From assembly GCA_051003155.1 (NCBI GenBank), contig JBPCLO010000026.1:128001-192000 (forward strand): a stretch of DNA of 64,000 bases, written 5' to 3'. The notes beneath the pieces are model-generated. The model saw nothing but the letters and a program-made list of their open reading frames with translations, ran no database searches and had not been told where the DNA came from. Each line of letters starts with the position of its first letter. The first letter of the stretch is position 1. Made by a program: the position numbers and the translations under genes. Source of the stretch: Fimbriimonadales bacterium. Lineage in GTDB: Bacteria > Armatimonadota > Fimbriimonadia > Fimbriimonadales > ATM1. Shown piece by piece: positions 8,561 through 16,793 of the stretch.

Positions 8561-10798
8561 CTAGTGCTTGGGCGGGTCAGCTCTGCCGCCGAACCAGGGC
8601 ATCTTCGTCTTCTTCAGGGCTTCGACGCGCTTTCGTATCCGCGCTTGGAACTCGGCCGGCAACGCGCTCGTCGATATCGCGTCGGAGTTCTTCGGCAGGT
8701 TGTCATCTAAGAGCGTCTCCTTCAAGCTAACCCCCACGCCTAGCTGGAAAGTGAAGTCGAGCACCCTGCGGCTCCCCAGCCGAACACGGTCGATCTGCGG
8801 CATCATCCCGCCCATCTCGCCGAACTCGGGCGATTCTTTCATATATTGAAAGATCGCGAGTTCGTCCGTACCCAAGGCTCCGAACATCGCGATATCTTTG
8901 CCCTCGGCAGACTGAGGCACTACCACGTTGTCCTCAGTGAGCTTCAAAGTCACGTAGGCGTCGGCAGGCAAGCCGCTCGGCATCACTTCGGTCGGTTCGT
9001 CCTTATAGTCGACGACAGCGGAGGGCATGAAACTGCTCATCATCTCCATGAATCCGCCTTCGTCCGCCGGCTTGTCACCCGGCCGCTCGACCTTGATCTG
9101 AGGCGGCGAACCGAAAGCCATCTTCGTCACGAGGTCCTTCTGCTGAGGCAGCAGTGATCGCATGGATAGCTGCGAGCCGGCCTTAAGCGACTCTCGCTGC
9201 GCCAGCGTCAACTGGCCATAAAAGCGAAGCATGCTCCAATCGGTCGGCCCCCGCATCCCTTGGCTAAACGCATGCTGAGCGAACAACATCACATAAGGCA
9301 TGACAATCGGGGTCTCACTGGGCTGTTCGCACTTTAGTGCGTATGCGGCGAGGTCGTCGAGCGACGGAACGCCTTTCGCATGGCCCCCGCCGATGAGCGC
9401 GGCCAATGCGAAGCGGTCTACCCTAAGCTCCCTAGACTTGGCCGGCGAGGCGGGCCTAACCGTCATCCAGCCGTCGGCGCTGTCGATCGTAACCGACTCC
9501 CCGTTTTTCAGATCCTCGAGGTAGTCGTCAACCGTCGCCTTTCCCTTTGCGTTGAACGTGTCCATGAACGAAACTACGTTGTCGGGCAAGTTCGCTATGA
9601 GGTTGACGCCCTTGGCCCTCGCAACAGCGAGGAGCGCTTCCGATTGCTGGAACGACAGCGGGTCATAGTTGTCGGGGCGCAAGAGTTTTTCCAGGAGGCG
9701 CTCGCTTGGCTTTTTGCTGCCGAAGTCGTTGCCTCCTCCGGTGAAGTCGAAGAAACCGCTCAGTTCCTTCGTAGTATCGCTGTACTCGATGGGCGGGTTC
9801 GTCGGCCCTTGCTTCGGCGCCGCCTGGGTGTTTCCCGGTGCACTGGCGCCCATCATTCCCATTGGGTCAAACCCCGCACCGAGCGAATCCTGTCCGGACA
9901 GAACGACTTTTCCTTCTGCGTCGAACAACTTCAGCTCGATAGTCGCCCCGCCACCAAAAAAGCCAAACCCTTCCTTCGAAATAATAAACAGGACCTTGGC
10001 AATGGGAGCGGTTATCGGCTTGTCAAAGTTCTGGCGGTCAAAGCGACCCCAGGTTCGCCGCGTATCCTCTTCTTCCTTCTTTTGCTCGACGGTCTTCGGG
10101 TTCGTTTCTTCCGACTCGCGCTCTATCTTCTCGCGCTCGAGTGCCCCGGCGTTGTGCTCTTGCACAAGGTCCGCAATGATCGAACCGATGTTGCCCAGCG
10201 GCCGCTGCATTCGCGTCGGTGTACTCGCGAATACGAGCCGCTCTCCATCATCGACTGAGGCGATCGCTGCTGGCGAAACCAATGAGCTGATCCGGATGAT
10301 CGCCTTGGATATCCCGGTTAGAGGCTGCGGCAGCACTTCTTCGTCGTCCGGGGTTTCGCTTCCTGCAGGCCGAATGTCAGGTGCCGGCGAAAGCCGATCG
10401 GCCATCTGCTTGAGGGATTTTGTGACATCGGCCACCCGCATATCGGCCGCAGCCTGGCGGTCTTTTTGCAGAGTGACACTGGAGTAATTCAGCCACTGAA
10501 TGCCCTCCGCGTCCTTTACCCACTCGCCTGACGTCACCTTTGCGATCTTTGCCATGACCTGCGACAGCGGAGCATCCTTAACGTTAATAATCACAATTTC
10601 GGCAGCCGCCTGGCCCGCTACGTCAATCTTTGCGCCCGTCGCCTTGGCGATGTCGGCGAGCGCGCGCTTGATAGGCACAGCCACCGTCGAATAGGTTACT
10701 TTGGGGTCCGGGTCTTGAGCCCTTGCACCCGAGCAAGCCAGTAGGACCAGCGCAATTCTCGAAACCTTCCTCATTGTCAACACGTTCTCCAACATCAA
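8561..10798 (-). CDS. Secreted protein of unknown function (gene A), paralog of 6460..8523; start may be the ATG at 10774
   Basis: 745-aa ORF with signal peptide and full-length similarity to gene B. Confidence 0.8.
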   Translation of the reverse strand: MMLENVLTMRKVSRIALVLLACSGARAQDPDPKVTYSTVAVPIKRALADIAKATGAKIDVAGQAAAEIVIINVKDAPLSQVMAKIAKVTSGEWVKDAEGIQWLNYSSVTLQKDRQAAADMRVADVTKSLKQMADRLSPAPDIRPAGSETPDDEEVLPQPLTGISKAIIRISSLVSPAAIASVDDGERLVFASTPTRMQRPLGNIGSIIADLVQEHNAGALEREKIERESEETNPKTVEQKKEEEDTRRTWGRFDRQNFDKPITAPIAKVLFIISKEGFGFFGGGATIELKLFDAEGKVVLSGQDSLGAGFDPMGMMGASAPGNTQAAPKQGPTNPPIEYSDTTKELSGFFDFTGGGNDFGSKKPSERLLEKLLRPDNYDPLSFQQSEALLAVARAKGVNLIANLPDNVVSFMDTFNAKGKATVDDYLEDLKNGESVTIDSADGWMTVRPASPAKSRELRVDRFALAALIGGGHAKGVPSLDDLAAYALKCEQPSETPIVMPYVMLFAQHAFSQGMRGPTDWSMLRFYGQLTLAQRESLKAGSQLSMRSLLPQQKDLVTKMAFGSPPQIKVERPGDKPADEGGFMEMMSSFMPSAVVDYKDEPTEVMPSGLPADAYVTLKLTEDNVVVPQSAEGKDIAMFGALGTDELAIFQYMKESPEFGEMGGMMPQIDRVRLGSRRVLDFTFQLGVGVSLKETLLDDNLPKNSDAISTSALPAEFQARIRKRVEALKKTKMPWFGGRADPPKH

Positions 10799-10911
10799 GA
10801 ATACTACGGTTGCGCGTATCTTTAGGTTTTGGAACGTAACTATGGTTCATATCGACATCATTCGGCGTATGGGAGTTAGTGCGCAGATGCGCACGAACAG
10901 GAGGCTAACAA

Positions 10912-11061
10912 ATGCTTTGGACTATCGCCCTAATTCTGTTGATCCTTTGGGCACTCGGTTTCGGTGGCGTTTTCAGTGTCGGTAGCGTCATCCATGTGTT
11001 GCTTGTCATCGCCCTCGTTGTTATCGTGTTCCAGCTACTGAGCGGCAGGCGCGCCCTCTAA
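10912..11061 (+). CDS. lmo0937-family (DUF5670) small membrane protein, 49 aa (not in the ORF track)
   Basis: MLWTIALILLILWALGFGGVFSVGSVIHVLLVIALVVIVFQLLSGRRAL, preceded by RBS aggagg. Confidence 0.9.
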   Translation: MLWTIALILLILWALGFGGVFSVGSVIHVLLVIALVVIVFQLLSGRRAL

Positions 11062-11184
11062 AGGCTGCCGATTTCCGGAGGGGCCAAGGCAAGCTTCTCC
11101 GGAAATCGGCGGCAACTCGAACTACGCCGGCCCCTGGTACGTTCTAACGCAAGAGCTTTATTCGTACATCTAGGAGGGTTTGTC

Positions 11185-12786
11185 ATGTTGTCTAAGCTGT
11201 TAGAGAGGATTCTGCCCGTCGCATTGTGTGCCGTCATCGGAATTGCGGCTACCACCGCTCATTCCCAATTCACCTTCAGCAAGGTGGCTTTAAGGACCCA
11301 CATCGACCTCGCAACGTTCGGTGCCGATAACGGCAACGGCTGCTGGGGGTACGTTTCTCCCTCAGGCCGCGAATACGCCATCATGGGTCTCAGCAATAAG
11401 GTCGCCTTCGTGGAGATCACCGACCCGGCGAAGTCAGATTGGTTCGCATCCATACCGCACGCGAATGGTCTTTGGGCGGACATCAAGGTCTATGGAAATT
11501 ACGCCTACGTGGTGACCGAAGAAAGCGGCAGCGGAATCCAGGTCATCGATATGTCGAACATCGACAATCATATAGTGACCCTCGTTAGAACCATCACTTC
11601 AGTCGGACGAAGCCACACCTGCCAGGTCGACGAAACCAGCGGCTATCTCTACACTTGCGGCTCGAACGAGGGCAACGGCACAACCACCGTGTTCAGCCTG
11701 GCCAACCCCGCGAACCCGCAGCGGGTCGGTGTAGCCGACCTGACCGGGGGCGATTACATGCACGAAGCCATGATCCACACATACACGAGTGGTCCATACG
11801 CTGGACGCCAGATCTTCTTCGGATGCGGAACTGACCGTGGCGTCGAAATCTACGACGTAACTAACAAGAACGCCCCGTTCCTGATCAAGCGCGTAACCTA
11901 TCCCGACATCGGCTACTGCCACCAAGCTTGGATCAGCGAAGACCTCAAGTACCTGTACATGGACGATGAGTTCGATGAGGATTGGTTCGGGTTCACTTCG
12001 AGAACGATCGTCTTCGACGTGAGCAGCCTCGAAAACGCCACTTATCTGACAAGCTTTACCACCGGATTGAACAGTGTCGACCACAATCTTTATGTAAGGG
12101 ACGGTTTCATCTACGAATCCAACTACACGACTGGGCTTCGGGTATTCGATGCCAACGACAACCCGACGGCTCCCACGCAGGTCGGGTGGTTCGACACGCA
12201 TCCCGAATCCAACGGCAGCGGCTACCAGGGCCTCTGGAGCAACTACCCGTTCTTCCCGAGCGGAACGGTCATCGGCAGCGACATCAACCGCGGCCTCTTC
12301 GTTTGGGACGTCACTGAGGCGGTTACCCGGGTGCTCACCCCGACATCGTTTACTATGGCGCGGGGAACCGTGCTGAGCGGCAACCTCGCGAGCCTTGCAT
12401 CGAGTGACGACAACCGGCTAACGATGCGCCCGGGCGCAGTCTTCTCGACCTCGGAGCCCGCGATCCAGCTCGTCATGGATGCCACCGCTCCGTCGACCAC
12501 GCCCCGCCTCATGAAGTTCAGGGCCGAGACCCGTGGCAGCGTAAGCACGCTGATCCAGAAGATCGATCTTTACAACTTCACGGCCAACGCTTACGAGACC
12601 CTGGACACCCGAAACGCGACGACGGGCGATGCCGTGGTCGAGGTCACCGCAGGTGGGAACCTCGCGCGCTTCGTGAACTCGAACAAGCAGGTCCGCGCTC
12701 GCATCTCATATCGATCGACGAGCGCGACGTTCCAGTACCCGTGGACGGCCGGCGTAGACTTCGCTTCCTGGTCCATCGCTCCGTAG
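11185..12786 (+). CDS. Choice-of-anchor B family (LVIVD-repeat beta-propeller) secreted protein with a lineage-type C-terminal domain
   Basis: CWGY...GREYAIMG, WADIKVY, YCHQAW, DHNLYV, SNYTTGLR and WSNYPFFPSG motifs; RBS aggagg. Confidence 0.85.
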   Translation: MLSKLLERILPVALCAVIGIAATTAHSQFTFSKVALRTHIDLATFGADNGNGCWGYVSPSGREYAIMGLSNKVAFVEITDPAKSDWFASIPHANGLWADIKVYGNYAYVVTEESGSGIQVIDMSNIDNHIVTLVRTITSVGRSHTCQVDETSGYLYTCGSNEGNGTTTVFSLANPANPQRVGVADLTGGDYMHEAMIHTYTSGPYAGRQIFFGCGTDRGVEIYDVTNKNAPFLIKRVTYPDIGYCHQAWISEDLKYLYMDDEFDEDWFGFTSRTIVFDVSSLENATYLTSFTTGLNSVDHNLYVRDGFIYESNYTTGLRVFDANDNPTAPTQVGWFDTHPESNGSGYQGLWSNYPFFPSGTVIGSDINRGLFVWDVTEAVTRVLTPTSFTMARGTVLSGNLASLASSDDNRLTMRPGAVFSTSEPAIQLVMDATAPSTTPRLMKFRAETRGSVSTLIQKIDLYNFTANAYETLDTRNATTGDAVVEVTAGGNLARFVNSNKQVRARISYRSTSATFQYPWTAGVDFASWSIAP

Positions 12787-12808
12787 CGATCGACCCGGCT
12801 TCTCCCCC

Positions 12809-12843
12809 GAGGGCGCCTTTTCATCCCCCTGGAAGGCGCTCTC
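12809..12843. terminator. Inverted repeat between convergent genes, probable terminator
   Basis: gagggcgccttt ... gaaggcgctctc. Confidence 0.5.
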
Positions 12844-12966
12844 TCTATTTCTGCCGGTTGCGGGAGCACTTAGGTTAGTGACCTTTTTGGAGGTACCCAA
12901 CATGAGAATCGACCGCATCTCGGCTCCGCTCCTCTATTGCAGGTCGAGCGTCCTCGCGAGACCTTG

Positions 12967-13260
12967 TTAGTCGCTCCTAGTTCGGGAGAGTTGATGCCAG
13001 AACGTAATGAGAATTATCCCGACGCCGAGGATTACCAGCACAATCGAAAAGCTGGCAGCAACCGACGGCCACGGGTTCGGCTGTTGGTGCAAGCTGGGTT
13101 CGGACACGCTGTACGGCGTGTAAAACCTCCAACGGGCGTCACCCACCGTAGCCACAGTCCAGTCGGCGATGACCTGCGTCACTAGGCCCACCACTATCAG
13201 CAGTGCGCCGCGCCAATATGCTGATTTGAACGACATCACGTCCGCTCCACCATGTACCAT
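12967..13260 (-). CDS. Small membrane protein, two predicted TM helices
   Basis: Two hydrophobic stretches; likely start at MSFKSAYW. Confidence 0.5.
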   Translation of the reverse strand: MVHGGADVMSFKSAYWRGALLIVVGLVTQVIADWTVATVGDARWRFYTPYSVSEPSLHQQPNPWPSVAASFSIVLVILGVGIILITFWHQLSRTRSD

Positions 13261-13545
13261 TCTCTACGGAGATTCTCCAACGCGATTTTGTATCCAAGGC
13301 TCTGCGGGGGCGCTTCGAGGAGCTTCAAATAGCGGGCAGCGCGGGGCTCGACGTTCTTCTCGCGGATCGGATACTGGAAAGCGCCCGCCGGACGGTTCAA
13401 AACTCTCTGCAAGAACGCCAGTATTACTACAGCAAGATTCGTCGTTCCCTCACTATCGAAGCGCATGTCAGAAGTTTTATACCCTTGACGGCGGGCGGTC
13501 TACCTAGGTTGAGGAGCACTCCCAAACGGTAAACTGACACCTCGC

Positions 13546-14763
13546 ATGGACTTTCAGCTGACGCACGAACACGAGTTGATCCGCGAGTCTTCGCGGCGGT
13601 TTGCACAGGAGCACATAATGCCCGGGCTGCGCGAGAGGGACGCGAAAGCCGAGCCGGACCCGGAGTTCCTGAAGAAATTGGGGAAGGCCGGGCTAACCGG
13701 CGTCTCCATTCCCGCCAAATACGGCGGAATGGACACCGACTACATCAGCCTCGGCATCGTGTGCGAAGAACTGGAAAGGGCCGACACCAGCGCGAGGGTC
13801 GTAATGAGCGTGCATAGCGGCCTCCACTGCCTTACGCTCTTGCAGTGGGGCACCGAAGAGCAGAAGAAACGACTACTGACGCCGCTCGCGAAAGGTGACA
13901 AGATCGGCGGGTTTGGCTTGACCGAGCCCAACGCCGGCAGCGACGCGGTCAACATCGCGACGCGGGCCAAGAAGGAAGGCGAATCGTACATCTTGAACGG
14001 AGAGAAGACCTGGATTTCTCTGAGCGACTACGCCGATCACTTCCTCGTGATCGCGGCTCTCGAAGGCGTCGACAAGAAGTCCCACGTGGCGCTGATCGTC
14101 GAACGCAGCGCCGAAGGCTTCTCCAGCCGGCCCATCAAGGGCAAGCTCGGGGTCCGCGCAGGAAACACCGGCCAGATTTTCTTCGACAACGTCCGCGTGC
14201 CGGTCGAAAACCGCCTGGGGGATGAAGGCGATGGCTTCAAAGTCGCGATGAGCGCGCTCGACCACGGGCGGTACACGGTGGCCTCCGGGGCGGTGGGGAT
14301 CATCACCGCCTGCCTCGACGCGTGTGTTCCTTATGCCAAGGATCGCAAGGTCTCTGGCGAGGAGATCGGGCGCAAGCAGCTGGTCCAGCAGATGGTCGCC
14401 AACATGGCCGCGGGGCGCGACATGGGGCGGCTTCTCTACTACCAGGTCGGGTGGATGAAGAACGCCGGTCTTCGGCACACACGCGAGGTGAGCATGGCCA
14501 AATGGCAGAACTGCAACGCCGCGTTCGCCGCCGCCAACGACGCGATCGAAATTCATGGGGCGTATGGCTACTGCGACGAGTTCCCGGTGGAGCGGTATTT
14601 CCGGAACTCGCGGGGCGCGATGATCTACGAGGGCACGCGCGAGATCCACACGCTCGTGCAGGCTGAGTACGCGATGGGCTACCGCGAGGATCGGCCGCTG
14701 AAGCGCATGCTTCCGAAGTGGCCTTTCTGCGAGGAGCATAGACCAGGGTCTGCCGGGTCGTAA
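13546..14763 (+). CDS. Acyl-CoA dehydrogenase
   Basis: GFGLTEPNAGSD, YILNGEKTWIS, IHGAYGY and IYEGT motifs. Confidence 0.95.
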   Translation: MDFQLTHEHELIRESSRRFAQEHIMPGLRERDAKAEPDPEFLKKLGKAGLTGVSIPAKYGGMDTDYISLGIVCEELERADTSARVVMSVHSGLHCLTLLQWGTEEQKKRLLTPLAKGDKIGGFGLTEPNAGSDAVNIATRAKKEGESYILNGEKTWISLSDYADHFLVIAALEGVDKKSHVALIVERSAEGFSSRPIKGKLGVRAGNTGQIFFDNVRVPVENRLGDEGDGFKVAMSALDHGRYTVASGAVGIITACLDACVPYAKDRKVSGEEIGRKQLVQQMVANMAAGRDMGRLLYYQVGWMKNAGLRHTREVSMAKWQNCNAAFAAANDAIEIHGAYGYCDEFPVERYFRNSRGAMIYEGTREIHTLVQAEYAMGYREDRPLKRMLPKWPFCEEHRPGSAGS

Positions 14764-14803
14764 AGGTTTGTCGCCTCAACACGGCGCGCATTGAGCTATA
14801 CGG

Positions 14804-14854
14804 ATGCCGGCAGGATGCCAGCGCTACAGTCTCCAGTCTCCAGTCTGTAGTCTA
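14804..14854. repeat. REP-like palindrome followed by a short heptamer tandem repeat
   Basis: tgccggcaggatgccagcgctaca, then cagtctc cagtctc cagtctg tagtcta, between convergent genes. Confidence 0.5.
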
Positions 14855-14916
14855 AGACGCAAGAAAGAGCCGGCCGCAGATGGCCGACCCTTATCTTGCG
14901 CAAACGATCGGGGAGC

Positions 14917-15330
14917 TTAGTTGTGGGCCGCGGTCATTCTTGGGGTGGCGGGAACGCTCTCGACGAGCGCACTGCCGGGGGCAAGCAGATAGACGTGCTC
15001 GCCGACTTCTTCCCAAGTGCCTTCGTGGGCATAGTTCACTCCCGCGAGGAAGTCTTTGATCCTCTCCCGCAGTGTGGGGTCCGCAGACGCAATGTTCAGG
15101 ATCTGCTGCTCGCCGCGCTTCAGGCCGTCGGCGGCAGCGACGGCTTCGTCGAACGCGAGGACCTGCCGTCTGATCCGAATCATGTATTGCGTGGTGTGGT
15201 GAACTCGAAGATATTCGTTCGAGGATTCTTGAACCTCTTCCGACTCGTACTCTTCGAATGGATCGTCGTTGCGACGATGGAATAAACGTGCGAAAAAGCC
15301 TTGCTTTTCTGTGGTTTCCAACTCTTCCAT
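14917..15330 (-). CDS. sepF: Cell division protein SepF
   Basis: AADGLKRGEQQILN...RIKDFLAGVNYAHEG...VYLLAP; follows yggS as is usual. Confidence 0.85.
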   Translation of the reverse strand: MEELETTEKQGFFARLFHRRNDDPFEEYESEEVQESSNEYLRVHHTTQYMIRIRRQVLAFDEAVAAADGLKRGEQQILNIASADPTLRERIKDFLAGVNYAHEGTWEEVGEHVYLLAPGSALVESVPATPRMTAAHN

Positions 15331-15346
15331 GAGTTTCCTCCGATAT

Positions 15347-16024
15347 TTATTTTGTTCTCGTACCGAAAATTCCGGTTCCGATTCTTACGTGTGTGGCGCC
15401 CTCTTCGATTGCCACTTCGTAATCCGACGTCATGCCCATGCTGAGACATCCTGTCCCCTGGACGCGCATCTCGTCCTTGAGCCGCCGCATCTTGGCAAAG
15501 TAAGGACGGACGGATTCCGGATTAAGATTCAAAGGTCCCATTGTCATGAGTCCCCGGAGCCTTAATTTAGGAAGATAGTACACGTTTTCCACGATTTCGG
15601 CAAGGTTTTCCGGAAAAATACCGCCCTTTTGTGGCTCGGACGCGATGTTGACTTCTATCAGGACGTTGATCGGGGAATCTACCCAGGCACTCAACCGCTC
15701 CGCCTTGTCTTCATTATCGAGAGTGTGGACCCAATCGAAATGGCTGGCCACTTTCTTGACCTTGTTGCTCTGCAGATTGCCGATGTAGTGCCAAACGATG
15801 TCCGGCGGGCAGTTGGGCTGCTTCGCAAGGGCTTCCTGAACGTAGTTCTCGCCGAAGTGACGAATTCCGGCCTCGAACGCGACGGCAACATCTTCCGCTG
15901 AGAATCCCTTCGTCGCGGCGATGATGGTTACATCCACGAGGCTTCTTCCCGACTTGACTGCAGCGAGGGCGATCCGCTCCGAAACCTCGGAGATGTTCGC
16001 TACGATCGAGTCGTGCCTGTTCAA
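15347..16024 (-). CDS. yggS: YggS-family pyridoxal phosphate homeostasis protein (start estimated)
   Basis: IAATK, FGENYVQE, WHYIGNLQSNK, LSMGMTSD and VRIGTGIFG. Confidence 0.95.
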   Translation of the reverse strand: MNRHDSIVANISEVSERIALAAVKSGRSLVDVTIIAATKGFSAEDVAVAFEAGIRHFGENYVQEALAKQPNCPPDIVWHYIGNLQSNKVKKVASHFDWVHTLDNEDKAERLSAWVDSPINVLIEVNIASEPQKGGIFPENLAEIVENVYYLPKLRLRGLMTMGPLNLNPESVRPYFAKMRRLKDEMRVQGTGCLSMGMTSDYEVAIEEGATHVRIGTGIFGTRTK

Positions 16025-16032
16025 GGGAGCCG

Positions 16033-16272
16033 CTAGCCGGAGGTGCGCTGTTGGATGATGTCGATGATAAGACAAAGACCCATGAACACGATTCCAAGAA
16101 TCAGCGTGATCTTGGACATGAGATCGTCGAATCCGGGCTTTCCCCGGTAAGTTGTTCGGATTTGGCTGCTGCCGCCGCTCATCGCGTCGGACTTACTGCC
16201 GAACACGGTCGTGATGAAGATAAACACCACGCACATGATGATGAGGAGCACGAACAGAATGTTGCTAACCAT
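16033..16272 (-). CDS. secG: Preprotein translocase subunit SecG
   Basis: 79 aa with two TM helices flanking a G/S-rich loop; DDLMSKIT. Confidence 0.8.
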   Translation of the reverse strand: MVSNILFVLLIIMCVVFIFITTVFGSKSDAMSGGSSQIRTTYRGKPGFDDLMSKITLILGIVFMGLCLIIDIIQQRTSG

Positions 16273-16319
16273 GGAAATCTGCTCACAGTATACCGGGTGG
16301 GGTTATAATTACTGGCGGA

Positions 16320-16793
16320 GTGTCGAGTAAGAAGCAGGAAGTCGAGTGGTTCTTTCAAATCGGCGCTGAGCTCCAAAGGCTTAGCGATGAGGTTATGCGA
16401 GGCATCGTTGCGACTTCCGCCGCGACCCGGCGGTTTTGGCGGCCGAATGTCGATATCTGCGAGAGCGAGGACGAGGTCCTCATAACCGTCGAACTCGCCG
16501 GGGTCGAGCCGGAAACCATCAGCGTCCACTTCCTAACCGACACAAATGGCATCGTGATCCGCGGCGTGAGGACGCCAACCGACGTGGACAACGACGAACG
16601 GCCCATCAAGAGAAGCCACCAACTAGAAGTGTTTTACGGAGAGTTTGAGAGGCAGATTACGCTTCCGAACTTTCAAACCAATCGCAAGGCGATCCGGGCT
16701 CGATTCGTGAACGGCATGCTTTGCATCATCATCCCAAAGAGGAATAAGGCGTTGGAGGGTAGAAGTATTTCAGTTATAGAGAACCATGGCTGA
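16320..16793 (+). CDS. Hsp20/alpha-crystallin small heat shock protein
   Basis: WRPNVDICE, ELAGV, EVFYGEFER and A.FVNGML.I.IPK. Confidence 0.9.
   Translation: MSSKKQEVEWFFQIGAELQRLSDEVMRGIVATSAATRRFWRPNVDICESEDEVLITVELAGVEPETISVHFLTDTNGIVIRGVRTPTDVDNDERPIKRSHQLEVFYGEFERQITLPNFQTNRKAIRARFVNGMLCIIIPKRNKALEGRSISVIENHG

Noticed and set aside
9380..10487. Long antisense ORFs (also 13873..14739, 20948..21718 and 51773..52681)
   Set aside because: Shadows of real high-GC genes on the opposite strand or in an alternative frame.
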